Below, piece after piece: positions 32,404-50,082 of a DNA stretch of 64,000 bases; position 1 is the stretch's first letter, and each line of letters starts with the position of its first letter. This DNA is from the human T2T-CHM13v2.0 reference genome, Homo sapiens. Below the pieces are notes generated by a model. That model saw only the letters and a list, made by a program, of their open reading frames with translations. It was not told where the DNA came from and did not search any database. Position numbers and translations under genes: made by a program. The DNA lies in the NCBI RefSeq assembly GCF_009914755.1, contig NC_060928.1; one strand, given 5' to 3'.

Positions 32404-32579
32404 GTGTGAATAAATACCGATACAGAAATAATTTCAGGACTTAAAAAAACAACTGTCTCCCACAACAGCTTTTTCCCTCCTTGAGTTCTCTTCTTTAGGG
32501 CTATCTACTTCCGGCTAGTTTAGTTCAAATTCCAAATGGTATTTATTTCCATTCAATATTTTCTTTTCCATATTCCACC

Positions 32580-34450
<1,871 letters not shown>

Positions 34451-36058
34451 ATTAAATTACCAAAACACAAATGTTACCTTTGATAAAATTATAAAAACAG
34501 GGCATATGGCACCATGTTTTGAGTAGAGGAATTTGCAGATTAGCATTCACCCAGATGTGAAGAAGCTGGGAACCCTGTCATACAAGAAATGACAAAGAAA
34601 GCTTATTCTGGAAGGAAGGATGCTTACTCTGGAGCAGAGAAACCAGTAGGAGGCATGACAAGCTGGGCCTCTCCAATAATTTCAATAATCTACTCTTCAT
34701 AGAAATGTCTGAGTACTTTTTAAAGACAAACTTCCCAGTACTGTTTGCTTGTCTTACAATAAAAAATCTGGCTTAAAATAAATGACAATTTTCAGTCTTT
34801 TCACACTTGGCATTTAAGCTTAAGCTCCAAAATAGTTCATTAAATAATGAATCTGCTTGGCAGGGTCATCTTGTTCTTATTTATTGACATCTTTGCAGAA
34901 GGTAGGCTCAGAGAAGATGCAATAAAATGATTTACTATACGCTATATTTTGCTGTTCATATGTCTGCATCACATCTAACAATGATATATAATATACTTTG
35001 GGGTGAAGGGTTAGAGATCAGATTCCTGGACTTTGGTTCGACCACATAATTCAGTAAATCTGGAAGTACTAACAGCCAGGTCATGTGCCACTTGCCTGAT
35101 ATTTATGACACAGAGACAACAAAGAAATTCTATTTTAGAATTCATAGAATTAAACTGAGAAATTTTAAGGAGTCACAGCTTTGGAAAAAATACATTAAAA
35201 ATGAGTAACAACATAAATGTGATTTGAAGGATCAATATTCAATATTTTGGCTATCATGGAATAAAAAAAGATATTTGGATTTAGGACAGAAGAACCTATG
35301 TGTGTAGAACATCTTTAGGGTGTTTCCTGAAATTAAACATGTTTCTTTACACTGTGGTATATGAGTGAAGATGCCATTGCTTGGATTTCCTGAAAGTTTA
35401 GGAGGCATCTACTTGCATGGATGTAGATGGAGAAAAGATAAGGTGTGTTGGAGTATACTGAGTTGCAATACAAAATAGCTGATAGAGGTGCTGGGTCAAG
35501 GTTCAGCTTTTTATATTGGTAAATTATTTGGTAGTACCTATAAAATTTTATACAGGTTTACCTACATTTAATTTATTTTCAAATATGCAGCCAATGTTAT
35601 CTTTCTTACCTCTTTATTCTCTTTTATATACAGACAGATTAAGATATTATCTAGTCTCAGTCTTAAAATAAATTTAATAAGTTGATTCTTTGGTGTTTGC
35701 ATAGAGCACCATGTCTCAGAGTCTCAGCTTTTCACAAAATTCAGGGAAATTTCTCTCCTGGATAGAAAGGTCAGGAAGTTAGCATCAACTACCAAATTTG
35801 CAAGCTTGCTGACAGCTGGCTATAATTCAAATGGACACCCCATTTAAAAGGGCAGAAAAATCAACAAATATGTATTCTGTAACAGTCAAAGCACAGTGCC
35901 CTAATATCTAATTATATTCACAAAGAGCAAAGCATTTTATTCTGTGACTCACCAGTTCCCTATCAGTTTTCTATAATCTCACTCTCCTTGTCCAAATGAC
36001 TATCTGCCCAGTATCACTCTGGGATGATGAACCATTATGTTATTCTTGGGTGACCTAG

Positions 36059-36228
36059 AGTTTTCTAACCCCAGCATATTCTGTGGTCCAGCAAAATTGA
36101 CATCATTTACGATCTTGTAAAAAATGCAGAACCTCAGGCCACAGCAGGACCAACTGAATCAGAATTTTCATTATTGAAAGATCCCCTGGTGGTAATTCAC
36201 ATGCCCATTAAAGACTGAGAAGCACTGT
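36059..36228. mobile_element. MER5A-like DNA transposon relic
   Basis: aaatgcagaacctcaggcc...actgaatcagaa...tgagaagcactg. Confidence 0.8.
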
Positions 36229-37221
36229 CTTAGTGTCTATTCTTAGGCAATCTCCCAGGTGATCATAGCAAGTAGGCCACGGTCACTCTACTAATTTTCT
36301 GTCTAATCTGGATTTCAAAGGTGAAACGGAATGAAAGAATCAAGCATTTATTCAAACAACAAACAAGTTCCAATCACTTATTCTGTGATAAGCACCATGT
36401 CAGGGGGTGGAAAGATAGAGACAGGGATATATGTAATCCCCATCTAAGAAGTCAGAATTTTAGTGGAAGATACAGTGAACTAGAGGTTACTCCACAAATC
36501 TTCTATCCTTCTGGAGTCATGATGTCCTTTAATGATTAAACTAAATAATGAGGCTCTACCTTATACTACTATACATAGTTCAATGCCTTCCTTACTATTT
36601 CTAAGGATTGCTGGGGATATAGTTTGAATGTTTTGTCTCCTCCAAATCTCTTGTTGAAATGTGACCTCCAATGTTGGAGGTAGGACTAGTGGGAGGTGTT
36701 TGGGTCATGGGGGCAGATCCCACATGAATGCCTTAGTGCTGCCCTCACAGTGAGGAGTGAGTTCTCATTCTGAGTCTGGGCACGATGTGGTTGTTTAAAA
36801 GAGTGTGGCACATCCCCCACCCCTCTTGCTCCCTCTTGCCATGTGATATGCCAGCCCCCCTTTGCCTTCCACCGTGATTGGAAGCTCCCTGAGGGCTTCA
36901 CCAGAAGGAGATGCTGGCATCATGCTTCCTGTATAACCTACAAAACTGTGTGCCAGAATAAATCTCTGTTTTAAATAAATTATCTGATGTCAGGTATTCC
37001 TTTATAGTGATATAAAATGGACTAACACAGAAAATTTTTACTGAGAAATGGGACATTGCTATAAAAATACCTGAAAATGTGGAAGCAGCTTTGGAACTGG
37101 ATAAAGGGCAGAGATTGGAAGAGTTTGGAGCGTTCAGAAGTTGATAGCAAGATGAAAGAAAGTTTGGAATTTCTTAGAGACTAATTAAATGCTTGAGACC
37201 AAAATGCTGGTAGAAATATGG

Positions 37222-37529
<308 letters not shown>

Positions 37530-38936
37530 TCAGATAGAAATGAAGTTATTGAGAACTGGAGAAAAGATCACTTGTCAAGCCTTAGCAAAGAGCTTGGCTG
37601 CATTGTGTCAAAGACCTGGGAACTTCTGGAAGGTTGAACTTACTTAGGAGTGATGACATAGGGTATCTGGTGGAAGAAATGTCTAAGTAGAAAAGCTTTT
37701 AAGATATAGTCTGGCTGCTTCTAACAGCCTATGATCATATATAGGAACAAAGGAATGACTTAAAGTTGGAATTTATAATTAAAAGGGAAACAGAGAGTAA
37801 AATGCCCAGGAAATGTCATAACCTGGACATGTGGTAGAGGAGAAAAGAGCATTTTTAGGGGAAGAATCCAAGTGGCTTAAGGAGCAACCACTTGCTAGAG
37901 AGGTTTACATGACTAAAAGGGAGCCAGGTGCTAATATCCAAGACAATGGAAAAAAAGGTTGCAAAGGCATTTAAGAAATCTTTGAGACAGCCACTCCCAT
38001 CACAGGCCCAGAGGCCTAGGATGAAAGAATGGTTTTTGGGGTCCAACCCCAGAGCCTGCTGCTCTGGCAGCCTTGAGACACTGCTCCCTGCAACCCACCT
38101 GCTCTGGTTCCAGCCTTGGTCAAAGGGCCCCAGGTACAGTTGGAGCTGCTGCTCTGGAGTGTGTAAGCTACCTTGGTCGATTCCACATGGTGTTAAGTCT
38201 GCAAATGCACCGAATGCAAGCATGAAGTAGGCTTGGCAGCTTCCCCTTAGGTTTTAGAGGGTGTATCAGAAAGCCTGAAAAAGCCACAGACACTCAATTA
38301 CAACCTTTGAAAGCAGCCAGCTGGGGGCTGCACCTTGCAAAGCAAAGGGACAGAGCTGCCCAAGACCTTGGGAGCCCACTCCTTGCATCATTGTGTCCTA
38401 GATGTGGGACACAGAGTCAAAACAGATTGCTCTGGAGCTTTAAGATTTAATGACTACCCTTCTGGATTTTAGACTTCTGTGGGGCCTGTTGCCTCTTTCT
38501 TTTGGCCTATTTCTACCTTTTGGAATGGGAACATTTATCCAATCTTTATACCACCACTGTATTTTGGAGGTAAATATCTTGTTTTTAATCTTACAGACTC
38601 ATAGATGGAAGGAAACTGCCTTAAGTCTCAGCTCAGATTTTGGACTTTGACTTTTGATTAAGTTGATGCTTGAAAGAGTTAAGAATCTGGGGGACTACTG
38701 GGAAAGGATAACTGTATTTTGCAATGTGAGAACATGAGATTTAGGGGGCTGGATGTGACACGATATGATTTGGATATTTTGTCTCCTCCAAATCTCATGT
38801 TGAAATATGACTTGCAATGTTGTAGAAGGGTCTAGTGGGAAGTGTTTGCATCATGGGGGAAGGTCCATCATGAATGGTTTGGTGCTGTCCTTGTGGTAGT
38901 GAGTGTGTTCTCATTCTGAGTTCACATGAGATCTAG

Positions 38937-40297
<1,361 letters not shown>

Positions 40298-42059
40298 CTA
40301 CCATTATTGGGAAGCTTTGTGAGGCTCTCAACAGAAGCAGATGTCAGCACCATGTTCCCTGTACAGCCTGTAGAAACATAAGTCAAACTAAACCTCTTTT
40401 CTTTATAAATTACCCAGCCTCAGGTATTCCTTTATAGTAATGCAAAATGGACTAACATACTGGGGGAGCCACATTATCTTCTTCCAAAACCTGTTTCAAG
40501 ACCTCTCCTCAATCACCTCTTTTATCAGAACCCTGGCCCAGGGTGTGCACTGCCCACCACTTTGCCCTACATAGAATTCATGGACAGAACCTCTTCTCAT
40601 TCCTTCCCAGGGACAGCTAACACAAGACTATCATATATGAAATAATTTTACTAAGGGTTTAGAGACAAGAGAGAGGAATTCCAGCAGAGAGGAGAAAACA
40701 ACACTGTCTGAAGCCTGCAAGCCATCTTCATAGGGAATCCCCTCTCGGTCAGCTTTCTTCTGGGTCCTGGCCTGTCACTGTATTGCTACGATTCATTCCT
40801 CAGAATTGAATTCCTTCTCCTTTTTTTCTTACTTCCTCAGGACTCCATCCTCCTGGCTTTTCCTGTATTCTTCCTCAGTTGTTGAGGAAAAGCAGAATAT
40901 TCCTTAGTTTTTCCTTTTAAACCCAAATTTCTGATTCAGAAAGGTACTCTCCTACTTTATTAAGCAGAGTAATACATCTCTTTATTGACTATGTTTTATA
41001 ACAAAAGTCTTTTTTAATGAAAAATCAGTTGTCTCTGTACTCCAGATGAATTCTACAGCCCCAACAAATAGTTTTTAAAATATAATATTTTTTAACCTAC
41101 TCAGATAATTGCCTCTCAGTGTAACAAATACTATAGTGGAGGTAAGTGCAAAGTGAAAGCTGTTAAAGCTGGATTATAGGGTCTGAGACCAGGCTGTAAA
41201 CAGCTGGAGATGAGCCCCCAGCAAAGAGTTTCTGGATAATGTAATATGAATTTTGAAGGATAAGTAAGAGTCAACAAATAAAAAGAGAAGGGAATAGTGG
41301 AAGGAATAAATATGGTGACTAAATGTGGAATATGCTGGCTTTGAAAGACTATGGAATATTCAAGTGGAGTAAATGTCCAAATATCTATGATAATTGAAAT
41401 CACGGGAAAGAGTAAGTTTAGCAAGAGTGAGAGGAAATAGGGCTAAAATGTGCACTGGAGAACTGAACAAAGCATAGGAAGAAGAGTGGCCATAACGGGT
41501 CCAGGGAAGGAATGGTGTTGGAGAAATGAGAAATACCAGAGAAGGGAAGTGTTCCTAAAATCACAGAAGGACAAAGAAAGAGGATTTTAAGAATGGAAAA
41601 ACAGTCTTCAATACTGCAGAGGGACCAAGTAAGAATGATTAAGATCATCCACAGGGTTTAACACCAGCGATGTCATCCAGGCTCTTACATGATGAAGCTC
41701 TCCTAAGATGGGTCAGAGCTCTGCAACCAGGTGCTCAAACTGAGATTTTTCTTCTCTTGAGACTCAGATTTCTGCTTACAATGTCGTATACTCAGACTTT
41801 CATTCTGAAGTTCCATACCTGGTCATGGAAGAGCAATACATTTCTCTTTGAAGTTTCTTTCTTGAGCAATAGGACATCTATAGCCCTGACTCCTGTTGCC
41901 TTTGTTATCTCACAACAATACGAGTGTCTCTCCACCTAGTAACTCCTTCCTACTAGTCTAGTCCTCAGTTGTTTTCCCCTTTACCTTTATTAGGAACTTA
42001 ATGGGAATAGGCAAGTCATAAATGAAAATAAGTGTCCATTCCAGATCTATTAAAAATAT

Positions 42060-42590
42060 AAGTCAAGTCACAATAGTTATTTGCTCAGAATCCTCTAATA
42101 GTTCCCCATTGTACTAAGAAAATCAGCCAGGGACCTACACGATCAGTCCTTCCTATCTCTTTGACCTCGTCTCCTTGAACTCTCCCCTTTAGTAATTCTG
42201 TCTTTTGGGCTGCTACTTCAACAAGTCAGACCTCAGGACCTTTTCACTTTGATGCATGCTTCTGGAATACTCTTTTGCTATACAATTTTTTGGCTTATGT
42301 CTCTTTTAAGATCTTTACTCAAATGTCACCCTTTAAAGATAGCTCCCTTGACTAACCTAAATTCCAAGCAGTCTATAACAATCTTTTTCTTACTTCCCAG
42401 CTTTAATTTTTTCTGTAGTACTTATGACCATTTAACATACTATATACTCTTTATCTCACTAGATGTAAGCTCCAGGAGAGAAGGATTTTTGATTATCTTT
42501 TTATTTCTGGATCTTCAGAATCTATAATAATTCCTGGCAGAAAATAGACTCCAAAGAAATATTTGTTGAATAAATGAACGAATGAATAAT
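42060..42590 (+). mobile_element. L2 3' end
   Basis: ctttactcaaatgtcacc...tagatgtaagctcc...aatatttgttgaataaatgaacgaatgaat. Confidence 0.8.
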
Positions 42591-43147
42591 AAGCTGGTCA
42601 CTCCTCTCCACCTGTTTGGTCATCCCTGCAGGTCTCCCCACCTGCTAATAACCCCTCTCCACCTAACTAGGGGCCCCTGTGGCCCTGGGGACCTACAGTC
42701 GTCCTAAGACCATCTGACTAGTAGGGGATGGGAGAGTGGTAGTGGGGCATGAAATGTGGGATGTAGGAGAGAACACAGAGGAAGATTTCAAAGTGAGAAG
42801 AGTTGGGGAGAGCTCAGTCAGTTTCTATTGGCTGCACAATTGGAGATTAAAGCAAGTAAACAAATATTTATTCATAGGTGTAAGCATTTGTTTTAAGAAG
42901 GGCAATTTGAAGGGTACCGAGGGCTCCGGTCCAGTAGAGTTGATACTGCAACTTTTCCCTCAGTTCCTTTGGCTCTGCTTTTACCCTTCACTTATCCTAT
43001 TTTTCCTTCAAATTTCAAACTTTTCTTTAAAAAAGGCTACTTCCCTGTGTTGCCACTTTCTGCTGTCAGCTTGGTTGTTGAAGTAGAACATGCAGACAAA
43101 CCACAGGAAGCTTATCTTTTGTGCAAGTCAGAAGCTGAGATGAGTTT

Positions 43148-43472
43148 CTTTTTTTATTATTATACTTTACATTCTGGGATACATGAGCAGAACATGCAGG
43201 TTTGTTACATAGGTATACACATGCCATGGTGGTTTGTTGCACCCATCAACCCATCATCTGCATTAGATATTTCTCCTAATGCTATCCCTCCCCTAGACCC
43301 CCATCCCCGACAGGCCCCGTTGTATGATGTTCCCCTCCCTCTGTCCATGTGTTCTCATTCTTCAACTCCCATTTATGAGTGAGAACATGCGGTGTTTGAT
43401 TTTCTGTTCCTGTGTTAGTTTGCTAAGAATGATGGTTTCCAGCTTCTTTCATGTCCCTGCAAAGGACATGAA
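43148..43472 (-). mobile_element. Short L1PA (L1PA7-like) 3' end
   Basis: TSD ctga(g/a)atgagttt at 43135-43147 and 43473-43485. Confidence 0.92.
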
Positions 43473-43739
43473 CTGAAATGAGTTTATCTATCTATTCTTC
43501 ACATATGAGAGATCAGCAGGACATGCTTCCTTTCTGGGATTGAATGCAGTGGTTTGAGTAAGAGTTTTTTGAATTTTGTTACAAGGGCAAGTGTTTCTAA
43601 AACAACATTTTGACCCAATTGAGCTGTGTTTTTTGAATCCCTTCTGTGGAGTCTCTCTCCCTCTCTTTTTTGTTTTTCTCTGAAAGCAGATATTGACTTT
43701 AGACAAAGACTCAGTCTTCCCGAATACATGCCAAAAAGG

Positions 43740-44210
43740 TGATCTGGCTGTTAAAACAAAACTGACAATTCTTCAGGCAGATATTTCAAGGCTAAGTGTT
43801 TTTCCCAAGGCTGAGTATTTGATTTAAAACAACAAAAGAAGCTGGCAGTTACAGGCTGGACTTGAAACATTCTCAGTATCAGTGATGCAGTGCATTGCGC
43901 GCCCTTGGGTTTTCTTCCCAAGGCATCTAAGAAGCAGCCAGATTTCCAGCTTGTGTGAACCAAATGGCAGCCTAAGGAAGTGACAGCACTTACCCTCTTT
44001 TGCATCAGGAGTGGCAGTGAGTAAAATGAAGTGAGCCCCAAACTTCCTCTTAATGAGAAAAAGTGTTACTTTATCAACCAAGTTGCTCTACCAGGATACA
44101 CTTAATTTCCTATTTTTCCTTTAAGAAAGGTGAAAAAAAAAACAAAGTCGATATATTGCTAGATACATGAGCTTTGCTTTAAATTAAAACCCACTTCCTT
44201 CCCAGAACCA
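43740..44210. promoter_or_regulatory. Candidate enhancer/promoter with clustered NR5A-type and ETS motifs
   Basis: Four CAAGG-core motifs within 140 bp, three GGAAG ETS cores, non-repeat sequence; motif evidence only. Confidence 0.35.
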
Positions 44211-44553
44211 TCAGAGATGAAATCTGAGTTTATGCTCCCCCAACAAATTGGAGGACACATTTATTTCAGAATTCAACAGAAGATAGGGAAAGACTAATAG
44301 GAAGAAAAAAAAACAAGAAAGACTATTATAAATAATTTTACAGCAGAACAGGAGATTTATGTCTTTTTCCATTGTACACAAGGTTGTTTCATAATCTCTT
44401 GTGAGAGATTAAAAACTACTGAGCATACTAAGACACTTCTCTGTATTTATAACCCATTCTGAAATTGTGATTTAGAACCTTGGGCCCTAATTAGTTAAGT
44501 GATATTGATAGCAGATGTGATACTTATGGAAAAATTTAACCTTGGGTGAAAGG

Positions 44554-44616
44554 CTCTCTCTCTCTCTCTTTCTGTGTCGCGTGTGTGTGTGTGTGTGTGT
44601 GTGCATGCGCGTGTAT
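44554..44616. repeat. Compound (CT)n-(GT)n microsatellite
   Basis: Direct read; alternating purine-pyrimidine run gtgtgt...gcatgcgcgtgtatgt. Confidence 0.92.
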
Positions 44617-45618
44617 GTTGACCAAATAATTATAATATTTTACTACCTAGACTCTTATTCAATTATGCAAGGTGTCATGCTTTCACATACATGGCTTACT
44701 GAAGGCAAGCCTCACAATAAGCCTATGGGGACGCGGGTGTTATTTTTTCTCTTTTGAAGAGAAGAGAGCTGAGTTTCTGAGAGGCTGAGAGTCACACAAC
44801 TAGTAGGATAGCACAAGGTCACCTGAATGCAATGACCTTTTCACTGCCCCATAAGATTTCACCCACCCATCCATCCACTCAGCATTAAATCAGAACTTCC
44901 TACATGTTATGAGTTTTTAAAAACGGTGACAAAATATGCATAACAAAATTAACCATCTTAACCATTTTTATATGTATAGTTCAGTACTGTTAAGTATACT
45001 TACATCATTATGCAAGCAATCTCCAGAACTTTTTCATCTTCCTAAAATAAAACTCTATAGCCATTAAACAACTTCCCATTTCTCCCTCCCCAAGCCCCTG
45101 GCAACCACCCTTTTACTTTCTGTTTCTGTGAATCTGACTCTTGTAGATACCTCATAGAGTGGAATCATACAGAATTTGTCTGTGACTGACTTATTTCATT
45201 TCACATAATGACTTCAAGATTCATCCATGTTGTAGCGTTTGTTAGAATTTCTTTCCTTTATAAAGAAGAATTTACAACATTTTGTTTATTCATTCTTCCA
45301 TTAATGGACAGGTGGGTTGCTTCCACTTTTTGGCTATTGTGAATAATGCTATAATGAACATGGATGTGCAATACCTTCTTGAAACCCTGCTTTTAATTCT
45401 TTTGGATATATACCAGAAGTGGAAAAGCTGGATTGCATGGTAATTCTATACTTAATCTTTAAGAAACTGCCATACTGTTCCACAGTGGCTGCATCATTAT
45501 ATGTTCCCACTAGCAGGACACAAGGGTTTGAATTTCCTTACATCTTTGCCAATATTTATTTTCTGGTTTGTGTGTAGTTTTTATTTTTATATATATATAT
45601 ATTTTTTCTGCTAGTATC

Positions 45619-46015
45619 TGTTCTTATTTGAATGTGTCCCTTCCAAAATTAAGGTTAAAACTTAATCCCCAGTGTGATGATATTAAGAGGTGGGGCCTTT
45701 TGGAAAGTGATTAAGTCATGAGGGCTTCACCTTCATGAATGGATTAGTGCCTTATAAAGGGTAGGAGAAAACTGCTTAGACCCTGTTGTCCTTCCTCCTT
45801 CTGCCATGTGAGGACACAATGTTCATCCCCTCTGGAAGATGCAGCACCAAGGGGTCATCTTAACAGCATAGAGAATGAGCACTCACCAGACACTGAGTAT
45901 CAGTGCTTTGATGTTGGAATTTCCAGCCTCCAGAACTGTAAGAAATAAATATGTGTTCTTCATGAATTATCCTATTTGTGGTATTTTGTTATAGCAGTAC
46001 TAATGGATTAATACA
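45619..46015 (+). mobile_element. MaLR solo LTR (MSTC/D-like)
   Basis: ttgaatgtgtccc...ttaagaggtggggcctttt...gtggtattttgttatagcag...attaataca. Confidence 0.85.
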
Positions 46016-46038
46016 GTAGACATCCTCCCCGCCTTGTG

Positions 46039-46385
<347 letters not shown>

Positions 46386-47611
46386 TAATGACTAGTGATG
46401 TTGAGCATCTTTTCTTGTTTCTTGGCTACCTGTATTTCATTTTTGGAGAAGGTTTATGCAAGTTCTTTGACCATCTTTTGACTGAATGTGTTGCTGAGTT
46501 TTAGGAATTCTTTATATATTCTGATATTAACCCCTTAGCAGACATGATTAGTAAATATCTTCTCCAATTGGACATGGGTATTTATATATTTCATATAGTT
46601 TTTATGATAACCCTGCAAAGTGCCCACTTTATAGGGGAAATAATTGAGGTAGAAATCATTTCATGAACTTGTCTAGGGTTTCTCAGTCAGTGCCAGGTGT
46701 CATATTGTCACTGTGGATTTCTGGTTCCAAAGCAAGTGTTCTTTCTACTACATCCTGCTATCTGAACACATTTCTTAAAATATTTCTATCTTTTAAAAAT
46801 AAAAGCAAAAAGAAAAAAGGAGAAAAACAATACAAGAAAAATAAACCAAAAAACTTGATGAAGTTTTAGACAAACACAATTATAAGTAAAGGTACATTAA
46901 GCCATGTTTATAGTAGGACTGTTACATGATGAGTATAAGGTAGCTTTCACCTTTATTGTGCTACATTTAATGGTTCATAAGATCCTCTTTCAGTGTGCTT
47001 CCCAATAATGTAGTCATTACTGCAAGTTAACATTTTCCTTGACTAAGAGGCAGAGGACTTCTTATGCACTGGAGGACCTGTGAACTCTTTGGTGGAGAGG
47101 AGGTTATCTCATATTTCCAGGTCACACAGTAAAAAAAAAGCGGGATGATTGAAATTCTATGGAGCATGCTTTATCTGATTCTTCAGAGTAAAATAAATGC
47201 TATTGAATGACACAAAATCAGTTTTATATTCATTTAAAAGATGCTAAATAACGAAAGACCAAGTCTAATTACTTAGTTACCTAAAGTTCCATATTTTTAA
47301 CTTCATTTACTCCTGTAAAGACAAGTATTTGCATAGAAAAATTTCTCTACAGAAAATGCCAGTTTCCTGAAGGAGGAAAGTGATTCCTGAAAGCATTAAA
47401 AAGGTGAATAGAGATGAGAAGGATTTTTTCTACTTTAAGTAGAAAAGTACTGTCCTACTGTGAGGACAGTAGGCCATAGAACTACATGGCATCTCCAAGA
47501 GACCTCAAGTTTCTTTTTGGGCTCCACAGCCTTTTCTTAGAGATCAAATCCCGCTCTTAAAGTTTTTTCTGAGACCCCAAGGAACCCCATCTCCTTGGGC
47601 CCAGAGTAGAT

Positions 47612-47842
47612 AGGGTGAGTATACTTAACAATAATTTATTTTGTATGTTTCAAAATAAATAATTATAAAAGTAGATTTGGAATGTTCTCAGCACAAAGAA
47701 ATGATCATAAATGTTTGAGGTGATGAAAATCCTAATTACCAAGATTTGATCCTTACACATGGCATGCTTGATCAAAATATCACATGTATCCCATAAATAT
47801 GTACAACTGTCATGTACCTATGAAGATTAAAAACAAAAACAA
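47612..47842 (+). mobile_element. L1MA 3' end fragment
   Basis: ggaatgttctcagcacaaagaaatgat...aatgtttgaggtgatg...cccataaatatgtacaac. Confidence 0.85.
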
Positions 47843-47851
47843 GGAATTGAC

Positions 47852-48357
47852 TGTATTAGTTTTTTTTGTTGTTGCTATAACAAATTACCATGAACTTAGT
47901 GGAATGAAACAAGAATTTATCTTAAATTTCTGGAGGTCAGAAGTCCAAAATGGGTCTCACTGGGCAAAAATAAAAGTGTTGTTATGGCTGGGTTATTTCT
48001 GGAGACTCCAGGGGAGGTTCTGTTTCTTGCCTTTTCCATATTCTATAGGTCACTCACATTTCTTGGCTTATGGCCTCTTTCTCCATCTTCACAGTCAGCA
48101 ACATCAGACTGAGTCTTTTCATGCTGTCATCTCTATGATTCTCTCCTTTGGCCTCCCTCTTCTACATTAGGGACCCTGTGGTTACACTGGGCCCACCTAG
48201 ATAATCCAGGATAATCCCCCCTTCTCAAGGTCAGCTGATTAGCAACCTCAATTTCGTCTTCAGCCTTACTTCCCCTCTGCCATGTAACAACATATTCACA
48301 GGTTCTGGGGGTTGGGATGCAGACCTCTTGGGGTGGGGCATTACTCTGCCTATCATA
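47852..48357 (-). mobile_element. MaLR solo LTR (MLT1D-like)
   Basis: tgtattagttt...tgggcccacctagataatccaggataatc...ggggcattactctgcctatcata; TSD ttgac/ctgac. Confidence 0.9.
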
Positions 48358-49559
48358 CTGACTGAATGAACGAAATGGAAAAAATAAGCTTTGCCTAATC
48401 ATCTATGTTTTTTTGAATCAAACAATGATTTTGAATTTGCTAATGTATAAAGACCTAAAACTTCAAAATAAACCAACGTACTGGAAGATTGTATCCATCA
48501 CTTAAAAAAGTTGATTAAATACGTCATGACTTTAAAAATAATGAATTATAATGATAATGGAAGACCAAAAATGATTGATTTCATAGACTACTTAGATTTA
48601 TATTCTGTAGAATTAGAACCAAGCACTTTTACCAGAAGAAAGCAAACCAGTTATGCAAAGGCTTGAAACCATTGTTTTTATTTTATAACTGGCCTGCTGA
48701 TCATCATAAAATAATTAATATGGACTGAGGGAATGCCCCAAATCTCAGACATGTTATTTCCTATCAACTTTGGATAGACACCCTCTGCTGGAGCAAGCCA
48801 AATGAATTACAGTGTTTCATCATTATTCTGCTGGGAATCATGCTTAAAAATCTATGCTAAAAGTTCATTTAAAAAAATTTCTGTGACATACAACAATGAA
48901 CTCTGTTCTTTCTATCAATAACCTCATTGACTGACACTTTCATAACCAATATAAGCACTTAATTGATTATCCACCCCCATCCACCTAGAATCCATTTCAC
49001 CCCACAAAGTAATCCAGTTTTTATACCTTTTTCTCATCAAAGAAATAAAACTACAGAAACACAAACACAAACTGACTCCAATTTGAAGGGCATGTACAGT
49101 TACATACTGAGATTTCAAAAGAGTTACTAATAGCATCTAGAATTTGACATTCTCTCATGTCAAAATGCACTTTGGACCAGTTTTCCCAAATCACACCCAC
49201 GAGACATTTTTGCATCCTGATGACATTTTACATCTACATGACAAAAATGACCAAATCAGGAAAAGTAATAATCTCATTTGGAATTTATAATCTCACATTT
49301 CTTCTTCATTATAATCTCAGTCATGAGAGTTCTTATTTGTCAAGTTTCCTTTTGAGATAGCACTATTGTGGATGGCTTCCAAGTTTTAAGGCACAGTTGA
49401 AAGCCATGCCCCTGAAAATAGATTTCTAATTCACATCATACTGCTGTATTTGTGGACACTTGTCATGTCATGTTCATGCAAGTATACATCAGAAAGCTGT
49501 CAATTCTGGCAGCAATTTCTTATTTTCCACATTACTCTTTTTAGTCTAAATTAGAGCTT

Positions 49560-49740
49560 CACGTGCCTCATCTTACTTCAATATTGAGAACCTATCCCCA
49601 TTTTACAGGTGATGAAAGTGAGGCTAAGCAAAGTGAATATACCTAAAGTCATACTGCTAGAAATGGCAGAGTGGGGATTCTCACAGGCTCTGAGGCATGC
49701 GTCCAAGCTACACCCACCACATGTGCTGCATCCTAGTGCA
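49560..49740. mobile_element. MIR fragment
   Basis: atccccattttacaggtgatgaaagtgaggct...tagaaatggcagag. Confidence 0.75.
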
Positions 49741-50082
49741 TCTCTCAGGGAGGCTGGGACCAGGGGAAGTGAGGAGATAAGGTGATAGTTTTCCCAGGAC
49801 CCTTGGCCTCTACTTGCTCTTTAAATCCTTCTTTAGAGGGTCACAATCCACACCTGGGAAAATGGTCTGAAGAATAAGTATTCATCTAGTAAGATTTATG
49901 CCCTGAAGTCTTCTCTGTATTTTATTAGTAGGAGAGCAAATAGGAGGCCTCTGATTAAGAGTTGGTCACACACAGTGCTCACTCTGTCACAATATGGTGG
50001 AGTCCCCCTCTCTGAAACATCTAAGCACTGACCTTGACTAAATGCAAACAATTGTTCAACATTCTGTTATTTATATGTTTTT

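Noticed and set aside
34880-34907. tctttgcag|AAG|gtaggc possible 3-nt microexon
   Set aside because: Short motif easily expected by chance in 64 kb; moderate donor; no host gene evidence.
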